A DNA stretch of 64,000 nt. Source: Halorarum halobium. Its GTDB lineage: Archaea; Halobacteriota; Halobacteria; Halobacteriales; Haloferacaceae. Position 1 is the stretch's first letter. Each line of letters begins with the position of its first letter. The translations under genes and the position numbers were made by a program. The notes beneath the pieces are model-generated. The model made no database searches, had not been told where the DNA came from, and saw only the letters and a program-made list of their open reading frames with translations. This document shows positions 39,449-48,342 of the stretch, in pieces. Where the stretch lies: assembly GCF_032116555.1 (NCBI RefSeq), contig NZ_CP134949.1:682001-746000 (forward strand), read 5' to 3'.

Positions 39449-39928
39449 ATGCCCGACACACTACAACAATACCGGGAAACTGAGATGGATGAGGACGGGA
39501 TATTCCGCGCCCTTGTCCAGCGACAAAAATCAGGGAAACTCAAACTCTACATAGAAGGATCAGAAGAACTCGAAGACTTCTTCCAGACCGAAGAAACCGA
39601 GCAATCCAGTCAATGGAAGAGCGGAGACAGTTACCACGATTATTACCTTCGACAGTACGAGAGAAACGGTGAATCCGACCTTGCCGAGTATTTCAGCGAC
39701 AAGCACGACAAGTTCGGCAGTGACTACGTGCAGAGCGGGAAGATAAACGTTGGACTGCTACGCACCGTTGGACTGAGCGAAGGAGTTGTTTTCCAGATTC
39801 CAGAAACGTACTCCGAGGAGACCCTCAAGGAGTCGGTAGAATCCTTGAAGACTGTTATCGAAGAGATTTATGAGGAGTTCATCAGACCGATGAACGTCAC
39901 CACTCAGATTTCCATTCAGGAGTTCTAA
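39449..39928 (+). CDS. hypothetical protein divergent from the amidoligase
   Basis: 159 aa, GAGGTGA upstream. Confidence 0.75.
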   Translation: MPDTLQQYRETEMDEDGIFRALVQRQKSGKLKLYIEGSEELEDFFQTEETEQSSQWKSGDSYHDYYLRQYERNGESDLAEYFSDKHDKFGSDYVQSGKINVGLLRTVGLSEGVVFQIPETYSEETLKESVESLKTVIEEIYEEFIRPMNVTTQISIQEF

Positions 39929-39929
39929 C

Positions 39930-40040
39930 TGCACCCCTTCCCATTTTCCCCTCTTTCTTTCTCTTTTTCGCGCCCTATTTTTTCTGAACCGCCGTACTTG
40001 TTGCCGCCCCTGTTTTCCCCGGAGAGTTTGTTCCTGTTTG
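39930..40040 (+). terminator. pyrimidine/oligo-T tract downstream of 39449-39928
   Basis: CCCATTTTCCCCCTCTTTCTTTCTCTTTTT...TATTTTTTCT. Confidence 0.5.
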
Positions 40041-40156
40041 AGCCTTTGCGCGTATCCGCGTACACGCACCCGTGAGAAGGTCGCCGGAATCACGCACCGC
40101 ATCAGCATAATGCATATAAAGATAATTCGGTCAACCCTTTCCCAGGTGAACTACCA

Positions 40157-40471
40157 ATTACATCCGAACAAGAACGCGAGATCGAATCTATACTCAAGAA
40201 ATTCCCATTCCACGGCAGAGACACAGACCGCCAAGTCACCGTGCTATCCTCATACCTGGTAGAGGCACTCGGCAACAACAAGACCGACACAGCCGAAGAA
40301 CTCGAGGTGGATAGGAACACGGTGAACAAGATCGAAAAATCTTGGAACAGTCTGTCCCTATCTGAGAAATTGAAGCTGATCGACTTCCTCCGCAGGGAGG
40401 TTGCCGAGAGACACTTCACAGATCTAGAGGCAGTGTCCGTTGATTCGGGGACCGGCGGCCAGACCGCATAA
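40157..40471 (+). CDS. HTH protein, 104 aa (putative ATT start)
   Basis: NKTDTAEELEVDRNTVNK HTH; TATAAAG at about 40115, AGGTGA + 7 nt + ATT. Confidence 0.65.
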   Translation: MTSEQEREIESILKKFPFHGRDTDRQVTVLSSYLVEALGNNKTDTAEELEVDRNTVNKIEKSWNSLSLSEKLKLIDFLRREVAERHFTDLEAVSVDSGTGGQTA

Positions 40472-40539
40472 CTATCATTATTAATTATGTGGTAATATAG
40501 ACAACACTTATTTAAAAGAAAGTTGTCATATATACCACT

Positions 40540-40749
40540 GTGGAAACCATGAGTACAACAAGCTCAGACGCAACTGGAGTGGCGAACCGAAGCGCCGTAG
40601 ACGAATCTAAAGGAAAACCAGAAGTAGAACCTGGCAACCGGGATATTCAACCAGTAATAGACGAAAACCAGGACAACCACGTCAACGAGGAAGCCGTCAT
40701 CCAAAAAGCCAGCAGAACACTCGGATTCATCCGATACCCTCGTAGGTGA
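40540..40749 (+). CDS. hypothetical protein
   Basis: Short ORF after TTTAAAAG promoter-like box. Confidence 0.45.
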   Translation: METMSTTSSDATGVANRSAVDESKGKPEVEPGNRDIQPVIDENQDNHVNEEAVIQKASRTLGFIRYPRR

Positions 40750-40758
40750 GAATCAGTA

Positions 40759-41040
40759 GTGGATGAGGTCAACGAGATACTGGAAGGCCCAGCTAAACAC
40801 GAGGACAAAGGAATCGCGGCACGGCTAACCTACGACCAGGAGACAGACTCCTACAGAGTCGAATACAGCCCGCTTCTGGAGAACGGAGAAATCACCGAGG
40901 AGTGGATCGTATTCGGCGGCACTGTCGGATACAACGACTCTGTCTACAGTAGTGAAGAAGCGGCCCACGAGTTCTATGATCAGCTGGAAAACCTGGGACA
41001 AGACGAGATCCTGGACGAGCTCGCAGTAGGTGAAGAGTAG
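40759..41040 (+). CDS. acidic hypothetical protein
   Basis: AGGTGA SD, GTG start. Confidence 0.7.
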   Translation: MDEVNEILEGPAKHEDKGIAARLTYDQETDSYRVEYSPLLENGEITEEWIVFGGTVGYNDSVYSSEEAAHEFYDQLENLGQDEILDELAVGEE

Positions 41041-41406
41041 ATGGAAGCAGTACGCGAGATTCTCGAAGCCGAAGGCACCAGCGTAGAGGAAATGGACATC
41101 AACGAGTCCTACAGCTACGACGGCGGAGAAGCCTTCAACGACCTGGCCATCGAGAAAGTCTACGACAACGTTCTCAGCGTCGAACAGCACTACACGCAGC
41201 GGATGGACCGTATGAGCGACCCAGAAGTCAGGTTCGACGTATCCGATCCGGAGGACTGGACGCCGATAGAATATACTCAGCACCCGGCAATTTACCAGAG
41301 AGACGAGGACGGGCTCGAGATGGACGACTTCCTACGGAAGTGGGACAAGAATCTACAAAACCAATTCCCAGCTGACGAAGTCACAGAAGGAGGCGGTAGA
41401 CAGTGA
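41041..41406 (+). CDS. DUF6908-like protein
   Basis: LAIEK...LSVEQHYTQRMDRMSDPEVRF...WTPIEY pattern. Confidence 0.55.
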   Translation: MEAVREILEAEGTSVEEMDINESYSYDGGEAFNDLAIEKVYDNVLSVEQHYTQRMDRMSDPEVRFDVSDPEDWTPIEYTQHPAIYQRDEDGLEMDDFLRKWDKNLQNQFPADEVTEGGGRQ

Positions 41407-41651
41407 GTGAAGACGGCTATCTAAGAGTTGGATGCAAGAACCACGGAATCATAGACACAGAGATCAGGGATGAGGAGAAGGCCAAAAAAATCCGAGAAGA
41501 ACACGTCGAGGAAAACGACTGCTTTGATTCGGAGGTACAGATACAGGATTTAGGATTCTACGACCACTCAAAGAGAAAACCGGATGATGGCAGTGCTGAA
41601 GAAGCAGAGGAAAGACTAAACGAGATTCTTGGAGAAGGTGAGAATCGGTAG
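41403..41651 (+). CDS. hypothetical protein (CxxH...HxxxxxC)
   Basis: 82 aa, GTGA overlap. Confidence 0.65.
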   Translation: MSEDGYLRVGCKNHGIIDTEIRDEEKAKKIREEHVEENDCFDSEVQIQDLGFYDHSKRKPDDGSAEEAEERLNEILGEGENR

Positions 41652-42115
41652 TGGGAGAAGCTACTGTAGATTATCTTGGCTGGCATCTTGAGGACCGTGG
41701 CCCGGCTACCGAATTGTTCCACGACCTCCACGGATTCGACAACGATATCCCCGACCTTGATGCGACAGAGTTCGAGGATCTGTACCGTGAAGTCCGGGAG
41801 CTGGAGGAAGAGCCGGAGGATTTGGAGCAGCTCTGGGCGGAGTGGAATCGTGGCAGCGGCCAGGAATCACAGGAGTTCCTGGAGATGCGGTACTGCGAGC
41901 CCTGCGACACCTACCAGATCGGCAGCGACCAAGCAATTCAGCACGCCGCAGATAACCACGGATACGATCCGTTCAACGAGGTAGGTGAACCGGACTACGT
42001 CCACGGTATCCGGTCGATGTCAGTCGGTGACGTCGTCGAGATGGGCGACACGTACTACATGGCCGCCTCGATCGGCTGGGAAGAACTCGAAGTAGGAGGT
42101 GAGAATCCGGAGTGA
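41651..42115 (+). CDS. YodL-like domain protein with inserted zinc finger
   Basis: LEQLWAEWN...RSMSVGDVV...YY...GW signature. Confidence 0.65.
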   Translation: MGEATVDYLGWHLEDRGPATELFHDLHGFDNDIPDLDATEFEDLYREVRELEEEPEDLEQLWAEWNRGSGQESQEFLEMRYCEPCDTYQIGSDQAIQHAADNHGYDPFNEVGEPDYVHGIRSMSVGDVVEMGDTYYMAASIGWEELEVGGENPE

Positions 42116-42288
42116 ACCTGACAGAGAAGGAGTGGCTATTGGACTACATAGCTGGAGTCATGGTTTTACTCGGGATTATTTACGCTGCTATTCAGAAGGA
42201 TTGGACGGTTACGCTCACCTGCGTGAATCTCCTTATGTGGATTGTAATCGCTCATCTACGTCTGCAGGAGGTGCAGCTCTATCGATGA
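42112..42288 (+). CDS. 58-aa two-TM membrane protein (absent from ORF track)
   Basis: GGAGGTGA SD, GTGA/ATGA overlaps at both ends, two hydrophobic segments. Confidence 0.6.
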   Translation: MNLTEKEWLLDYIAGVMVLLGIIYAAIQKDWTVTLTCVNLLMWIVIAHLRLQEVQLYR

Positions 42289-42662
42289 TAAGTGGTGAGG
42301 AGCAGAAAGCCGTGGAGAAGATGTTTGACCCAGATAAGTTGTTCCAGGAGCAACTGTTCTTCAAGTCATTTAGAGTCCGGACTATCAACACCCGTCACCT
42401 GGTCAAGGAGAAGCACAGAGAGGAACGGAAGTACCCGGAAGATTCGAGCGATAAAACTGTGTACACGTCGTTATGCGGCCAGGAAACCTCTACCGGGTCT
42501 ATACATTCTCTGAAGGAGTTGGCGGGCTGTGAAAACTCCACGATACGTAACCCGCAGTTCGTGAAGGTCTGCAACCGATGCAAGGAGATATTCGAGTCCA
42601 AGACGGACAGAGATCCGAGGGAAGACATAGAGAAATACAATGGAGGTGAGTCTCCGCAGTGA
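42285..42662 (+). CDS. hypothetical zinc-binding protein
   Basis: ATG 42285; H...SLCG...CNRC. Confidence 0.6.
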   Translation: MISGEEQKAVEKMFDPDKLFQEQLFFKSFRVRTINTRHLVKEKHREERKYPEDSSDKTVYTSLCGQETSTGSIHSLKELAGCENSTIRNPQFVKVCNRCKEIFESKTDRDPREDIEKYNGGESPQ

Positions 42663-42892
42663 GTCTTGTAGACGACATCCTCTCGGAGTATTCGTTGACT
42701 CGGGAGATTGCGGAGGACTACGTTGACGCGATCGTTCGGATGAATCAGAAGGATACTGCAGAAGCAGCTGGTGTGTCGAAGGAGACGATTCGGAAGTACA
42801 AGAACAAGTTCAAGGAGATGAAGGCGACTGAGAGAGCTTTTCTGATCTCCAAGTTGATGCGGGAGCGATCCCAGAAGGAGTTCGTTCGTTAG
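42659..42892 (+). CDS. small HTH protein
   Basis: NQKDTAEAAGVSKETIRKY; resembles 40157-40471. Confidence 0.7.
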   Translation: MSLVDDILSEYSLTREIAEDYVDAIVRMNQKDTAEAAGVSKETIRKYKNKFKEMKATERAFLISKLMRERSQKEFVR

Positions 42893-42951
42893 AGGGGGTA
42901 ACACCCCTTGGAGATTCTTTGATGGTTAGTTCTGGGTAGGGATTTAGGAGG

Positions 42952-43180
42952 CCCTACCCTTTCGACTGGAAAACGGGATCTGGCGAGAGTTCCTGGATAT
43001 TACGCCGCTATAATTTTGACTGAGTTCGATGATGTGGGAATTGACTGATATGACCTATGTACTATACTACAATTCACTGTTATACTGAGTATGTTAGTAT
43101 ATTATAGAGTTCCACTCGAAAGGGTAGGGGGCTTCCTCTTCCACTCGAACGATTCTCCACTTGAAGCACGGGAAGGGATG
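42952..43180. promoter_or_regulatory. replication origin: inverted ORB elements flanking an AT-rich unwinding element
   Basis: 42952-42971 (minus: TTCCAGTCGAAAGGGTAGGG) and 43110-43129 (TTCCACTCGAAAGGGTAGGG) match at 19/20 in inverted orientation around an AT-rich tract; two more mini-ORBs to about 43175; directly upstream of cdc6. Confidence 0.85.
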
Positions 43181-43226
43181 GGATATAAAAAAGATATTAC
43201 ATAAACCACAACCAAGGTGAAGAAAA

Positions 43227-44534
43227 GTGGGAGAAGACTCGAAAACAGAACTGAAACAGGAAGACTTCGGACTCTTCCAAGACAACAACGACAGCAAAAT
43301 CTTCGCAGACATCGATATCCTCGACCCTGATAGGATTCCTGGTCCCGACGAGTTCGTAGAGAGAAAAGAGGAGATGCAGACCATAGCGTCCGGCCTGCGT
43401 CACATGATTAACGGGAACTCCGGGAGGAACATGATGATAACCGGGGACACCGGGCTCGGGAAAACGATGTGTGCCCGGATAACCGTCAACGAACTCTCCC
43501 GGAATATGGACGAGCACCAGAACTTCCGGCACGAATACTTCAACGACCTCGAGTCGGAGAGAGACACGTTACAGAAGCTATCCCGTGCCTTGGAACTTGT
43601 TCCCGAGAAGAAGACGGAGCCATACCAAGGGACAAATCTCTCCTTCTACTACGACCTACTCGTTGAGAAATTGAAGCAGGAGGAGATCTACCTCGTCATT
43701 ACTTTCGACGAAGTCGACCGGTTGATGTCGAACAAGAAGGAGGGGAAGCCGGCGAGTCACGGGAACTCAATGCTAAAACAGCTGTTAGAGGTGAGGAAGA
43801 AATTGAAGAACTCCGATGCAGAGGCAGGGTTAACTCTGATCTGTATCACCAACGATTCCAGCGTTCCCGGAGATCTCTCGTCCAAAGTCAAGGACCGCTT
43901 CGGGAGAGAGGGACTTCACTTCTCAAGCTACAACGCCCTCCAGCTGAGGAACATCCTTGAGAAAAGGGCGGAGAAGGCTTTCCAGCCTGGTGTAGTTGAT
44001 AGCGGGGCAATCTTCGCCACGGCTTCCCTGGTGGCTCGTGATAGTGCTTCAGCCAGAAGAGCGATTGAACTCTTGCGGAAAGCAGGTGAACTGGCTGATG
44101 AGAACGGAGACGGTGAAATAAGGAAAGAGGATCACGTCGATCCGGCACACGAGGCCCTGGAAACGAACGAAATTCTGGAGGCGATCAAAAGTCTGCCGAA
44201 GCACAACAAGATCACTCTGTACGCCATTATAGCGAATTACTCTGGAGGCAAGCTCGCAACCGGCGATGTCTACGAGAATTACAAGGAGATCTGCAGGAAG
44301 CGGGCTGACCTTTCAGAGAGTGAGATGCTGTCTCAGAGATCGATCAGTGAACACATCAAGAAGATGGATATGCAAGGTATCATCCAGGCCAAGACGGTGT
44401 CCAAGGGAAGGTATGGCCGGACGCGTGAGATAACTATCAATTTCAGTGAGTCCACACGCCAAGATTTGATGGAGCATCTCCATGAGGAAAACCTGTACCT
44501 GGCTCCGGACTCGATGGCTGCAGAGCCCACCTGA
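43227..44534 (+). CDS. cdc6: Orc1/Cdc6 replication initiator
   Basis: GDTGLGKT Walker A, ITFDEVD Walker B, YNALQLRNILEKRA, ARRAIELLRKAGELA, C-terminal wH SKGRYGRT. Confidence 0.93.
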   Translation: MGEDSKTELKQEDFGLFQDNNDSKIFADIDILDPDRIPGPDEFVERKEEMQTIASGLRHMINGNSGRNMMITGDTGLGKTMCARITVNELSRNMDEHQNFRHEYFNDLESERDTLQKLSRALELVPEKKTEPYQGTNLSFYYDLLVEKLKQEEIYLVITFDEVDRLMSNKKEGKPASHGNSMLKQLLEVRKKLKNSDAEAGLTLICITNDSSVPGDLSSKVKDRFGREGLHFSSYNALQLRNILEKRAEKAFQPGVVDSGAIFATASLVARDSASARRAIELLRKAGELADENGDGEIRKEDHVDPAHEALETNEILEAIKSLPKHNKITLYAIIANYSGGKLATGDVYENYKEICRKRADLSESEMLSQRSISEHIKKMDMQGIIQAKTVSKGRYGRTREITINFSESTRQDLMEHLHEENLYLAPDSMAAEPT

Positions 44535-44724
44535 AACAGGGGTGGGTCGGCCTTGATTTCAATTGAATCTTTAAAATCGAGTATTCCTCAACACGATTCC
44601 ATGATTAGACACGGGGTGGTATCGAATCGCAAATCTGTCGGAGGTATCTGACCGACCCCACCGTGTAGATTCTATCCAGTCCTGGTTTCTGAAAGCAGTT
44701 GCAAATCGATGGTCTGCCGAGAAG

Positions 44725-46296
44725 ATGGCCGACCATCTCACCGAATATACTGACGACGACTTCTCACCTCGAACTGTTAGACGAGCCTTGAAAGGACTCT
44801 CCGGGCAGAAACAGAACGTCCCGAAGAAGTACCACTCCGAGCAACGCTTCCTGAAGCCGATCCAGGAACACCCGGACAACGCAGTCAACTACGCCCTGAC
44901 CGACGAAGGACGGGCGGTGGTCCGGGAAGTTGACGTGCCCCTGAATCTGTCGACGGTCGGGGATGATGTCGGTGGGTTCGGTGAGGTGGAGTCGCCAGAG
45001 GTTCGTCCGCATAAGTGCTGGTGGCGTGAGGAGGTTCGCCGGAAGGAGGGGGATGCGCCTGGTGACTTGGATTGGGGTGATCGGAAGGCGATTCTCGCTG
45101 AGAAGGATATCGGCTGGGAGTCGGTGGAGAAGGAGTTGCCGCATCGGGAGCAGTCGGAGCGGGGTCAATTGGTTCACTTCAAGTCGGTGCGGTTGATCTT
45201 GTTCGAGAACTCGGTTCTGGTTCGGTACAGCTTGCCGTCAAGCGAGAGGGATGTTTTCGATGTCCTGGATGAGTGGTGGAATACTCGGCAGGAGGCGGTG
45301 GATTGGCTGGAGTCCGTGTTCCCGGTGAAGGTCAGGAGTTCTCCGTTGGATGTGTCGATGCCGTTGTCGACGCAGGAGTGGGGTGATGTCCGGAACGAGT
45401 TTGCGGAGTGGATCCAGGAGAATCCCGAGTTCCAGGACGACTCACCAAACTCCCTTTTTGAGGTGAAGAACGACGAAGGGGAGCGAGTCTTCCACGTCGA
45501 CACCAGTCCAGAAGACGGCCTGGGTAACGACGTAGCGGAGGGGGAGTTTCCGCATAGCCAGTTCGGTGCCGGGCACATCACGAATATGAAGCAGGCGGTG
45601 AAGTGGCTGGCCTGTCTCGGTGTGAAGCCCCAGGATTTTACTGCGGCTCAGTGGACCCGAAGCAACAGGGATGAACTGCAGAAGGTTGTTGAACTGGATG
45701 CAGAAGAACTTGAGAGCCGGGTCGAAGACGTCGAGGATTCTGTCGATGGTCTCCAGGACGACATCAGTTCGTTGGAGAGTCAGGTGACTCGGCTGGACGG
45801 GAAGGTCGACGGGGTATCGGAGGGTTTGCAGCAGAACCGGGAGTGGATCAGCGATGTCGAAGAACGTGTGGATGATGCTGTAGGCCGTGTCGACGGCACT
45901 CGGAGAGAGTTCTCCCAGTTGAAGGATGACGTCAACACGGACATCGAATCCCTGGAGGACAAGATCGGTGAGGAGGTTGAGTCGACACGGCAACTGGTCC
46001 GGGAGGAAGTCGGCGGTGTGGAGTCACAGGTCGAAAGTATGGAGGACGAGTTGGGGACGGTCAGAGGCACGGTCACGGATTTGACGTTGACGACGTCGGA
46101 GCTTCAGTCGGCGATTGAGAAGCGGGGAGAGCGGCTGGACAGGCAGAACCAGAAAATGATTGAAGAATTGCAGCGGCTTCGACGGCTTCAGGAGAGATCC
46201 GTTGTCGACAGGGTTCGGGATACAGCTGAAGACCTGGCAGAAGTAGGTAGATCTGCAGTCAAGTCCGCGAAGGAAGCATTGACTTCTGTTCTGTGA
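44725..46296 (+). CDS. wHTH + unknown globular domain + long coiled coil; possible replication-associated protein
   Basis: TVRRALK...YALTDEG wHTH; RPH and HVDTSP...EGE motifs; heptad-rich C-terminal third. Confidence 0.55.
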   Translation: MADHLTEYTDDDFSPRTVRRALKGLSGQKQNVPKKYHSEQRFLKPIQEHPDNAVNYALTDEGRAVVREVDVPLNLSTVGDDVGGFGEVESPEVRPHKCWWREEVRRKEGDAPGDLDWGDRKAILAEKDIGWESVEKELPHREQSERGQLVHFKSVRLILFENSVLVRYSLPSSERDVFDVLDEWWNTRQEAVDWLESVFPVKVRSSPLDVSMPLSTQEWGDVRNEFAEWIQENPEFQDDSPNSLFEVKNDEGERVFHVDTSPEDGLGNDVAEGEFPHSQFGAGHITNMKQAVKWLACLGVKPQDFTAAQWTRSNRDELQKVVELDAEELESRVEDVEDSVDGLQDDISSLESQVTRLDGKVDGVSEGLQQNREWISDVEERVDDAVGRVDGTRREFSQLKDDVNTDIESLEDKIGEEVESTRQLVREEVGGVESQVESMEDELGTVRGTVTDLTLTTSELQSAIEKRGERLDRQNQKMIEELQRLRRLQERSVVDRVRDTAEDLAEVGRSAVKSAKEALTSVL

Positions 46297-46297
46297 G

Positions 46298-46498
46298 CTA
46301 CGATAGACTGTCGATTATCTTGTCCCGCATTTCTGTCGTCCGTGTGGGTGCGTCCGGGTACTTTGCCCGGTAGTCCTCGACGTCGTCTACTTCGCCGGTG
46401 CAGTTCTGGCTCTGGAGGTGGCCTTTCTCGATCGTTTCGAGTTCTTCGCCGCACTCTCGACACTTGATGGGGCTGGGAGCGTATTTCGTGTCGGTCAT
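46298..46498 (-). CDS. Ros/MucR-like zinc-finger small protein
   Basis: IKCRECG...GHL...EDYRAKYP. Confidence 0.6.
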   Translation of the reverse strand: MTDTKYAPSPIKCRECGEELETIEKGHLQSQNCTGEVDDVEDYRAKYPDAPTRTTEMRDKIIDSLS

Positions 46499-46567
46499 CG
46501 TTCTTCTCTGGTTCTCGTGCGGGAATGATGATAAATACGCGGGTGACTCGAAGGGCTGAGAGATGGA

Positions 46568-47347
46568 TTAGTCCTGTTCTTGGTCTATAGGAATCTCTTC
46601 GTCAATCTCGGGATCCTGGTGGGCGAACTTATTTTTCAGGTAGACGAGGGTCAACCGGGTTATCGGCTCCAGTTTGTCCTTGTTGGAGATCATATCTCCT
46701 TTATCTCCGGTTACGACAGTGTCGATGAGGTACCTATCTTTCAGGTCCATTGCGTCGGTTAGGACCTCTGCGTCAGGGGAATATTCATCTTCATCGCCGT
46801 CGATTATCCTGCTCATCTGGGAGCAGGGCGTGGAGTAGTCCTTGTCGTCTCGGCGGCGACGGATTTTGACCCGTTGCCGTACCTCGTCTTTCCGGTCGAT
46901 AGCGGTGCTGTTGATCCGGTTGATGAGTTTGTTTAGAGAGTCTTCGACGTCGTCTAAGGTGCAGCTTTGATCGAGTTCTTTCTCGAAGTAGTTCTCGACC
47001 TTGTGCTTGATTTGGTCCTCTACATCGAATTTGTCGATGAAGACTTCGGAAACCGAGTCTGGATCCAGGTCCTCCTCATCCTTGGTCTTGAGCTCGAGGT
47101 AGGTGAAGCGTTTCCGTTTCCGGAGCTTCCGCTTTTCCTTGCCGATGACGCCGTCTTCCTTTGACCAGTCGAGGGGTTCGCCGTCTCTCGGTCCGTGGCC
47201 GACGTTGACGCAGTATTCGTAGAGAACAGTGTTGCCGGCGTACAGAGTGTTTTCTGACGCCATGAGGCGGCGGGTATGGTCTTGCCACCGGTTGTGCAGA
47301 AAGGTGTATCCGACAAGGACGTTCGTGTCTACGTAGTAGCTCGCCAT
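46568..47347 (-). CDS. PIN-domain protein (putative toxin RNase)
   Basis: YVDTNVL, VLYE, DAEVL, VTGD acidic tetrad. Confidence 0.75.
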   Translation of the reverse strand: MASYYVDTNVLVGYTFLHNRWQDHTRRLMASENTLYAGNTVLYEYCVNVGHGPRDGEPLDWSKEDGVIGKEKRKLRKRKRFTYLELKTKDEEDLDPDSVSEVFIDKFDVEDQIKHKVENYFEKELDQSCTLDDVEDSLNKLINRINSTAIDRKDEVRQRVKIRRRRDDKDYSTPCSQMSRIIDGDEDEYSPDAEVLTDAMDLKDRYLIDTVVTGDKGDMISNKDKLEPITRLTLVYLKNKFAHQDPEIDEEIPIDQEQD

Positions 47348-47350
47348 TCC

Positions 47351-48229
47351 TCAGTCTGCGTTAACCTCTGTAAAGTCCAGTTGAGACGTCATCACTGTAT
47401 CTGCTGCTTCGACTAAGTGGTCGCTCTCGTCCTCGATGTATAAGTGTTCGCGCTCCTGCTCATGGAGCTCGTTTCTAAAGTACTGCTTCCGGTTCTCCAG
47501 GTCGCCTATCCCCAGTTCTCGCTGGATTTCTTCCTTGGAGAGGCCGGTGTCGATATCGACTGCAAGTTCCAGGGTGAAGAGGGACCAGAAGATTTCGACC
47601 AGTTCTTCGATGTCTCCGAGAGTGGTTTCTGGGTCGTTGAGGCGGTTGCTGAGGAGGTCGTACCAGAGGTAGAGGTCGTTTACGTACTGCGGGTATTCGT
47701 CTTCGGGGAAGGCGTCGATGAACTCGTTGACGTATCGGTGGATTTCGTCCCGTTCAAAGCTTGTCTCGTCGTCGTCTTTCTTGTAGAGCTGCCACTGGAC
47801 GAAGTCATCCAGTTTCCGGTATTTTCTCTGGGCGTCGTATGGTGCGTCCTCCTCGTACATTCTGTCCGTGAGTCCCTCCGTCCCGATATCATCGTGGTCC
47901 TCGAGTACGTATCTGGTGGCGTCTCTGATGATGTTTTCTTGCCGTGTAGTCAGTGAGAGGTCGTCTGTTCTCTTGGAGCAGAGGACTTCTGACTCCTCCT
48001 CGTCGTATTGGATCGTGACAGGACTATTCTGGGTGACGGTCATCGTCCCGAATTTGTACCAGAAGTAGGGGAGGTCGAAGTCACATCCGAGGTCGTTGAT
48101 TTTCTTCTCGATGAAGTACGTGGTTTTGTGGAACGTCTTTGCGTCCATCGAACTGGATCTTCCAAATTCGTCGAAAAGGATGGCGGCGACGTCTCCCAGG
48201 TCAATATCACTGGGATCCTCTAAGCTCAT
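47351..48229 (-). CDS. DUF4065/SocA(Panacea)-like protein (putative antitoxin)
   Basis: KTFHKTTYF...LPYFWYKFG motif; directly upstream of the PIN gene. Confidence 0.6.
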   Translation of the reverse strand: MSLEDPSDIDLGDVAAILFDEFGRSSSMDAKTFHKTTYFIEKKINDLGCDFDLPYFWYKFGTMTVTQNSPVTIQYDEEESEVLCSKRTDDLSLTTRQENIIRDATRYVLEDHDDIGTEGLTDRMYEEDAPYDAQRKYRKLDDFVQWQLYKKDDDETSFERDEIHRYVNEFIDAFPEDEYPQYVNDLYLWYDLLSNRLNDPETTLGDIEELVEIFWSLFTLELAVDIDTGLSKEEIQRELGIGDLENRKQYFRNELHEQEREHLYIEDESDHLVEAADTVMTSQLDFTEVNAD

Positions 48230-48342
48230 TACTGACCGCTCTGAGCGCAAATTACTTGTAGTTTGCCTACATGAGGCGGCGTTCTCTTAAAAGACCCAAA
48301 CGAACTTATCACTTCGACGCCGTTCTACGGTCAACTTCAGTA

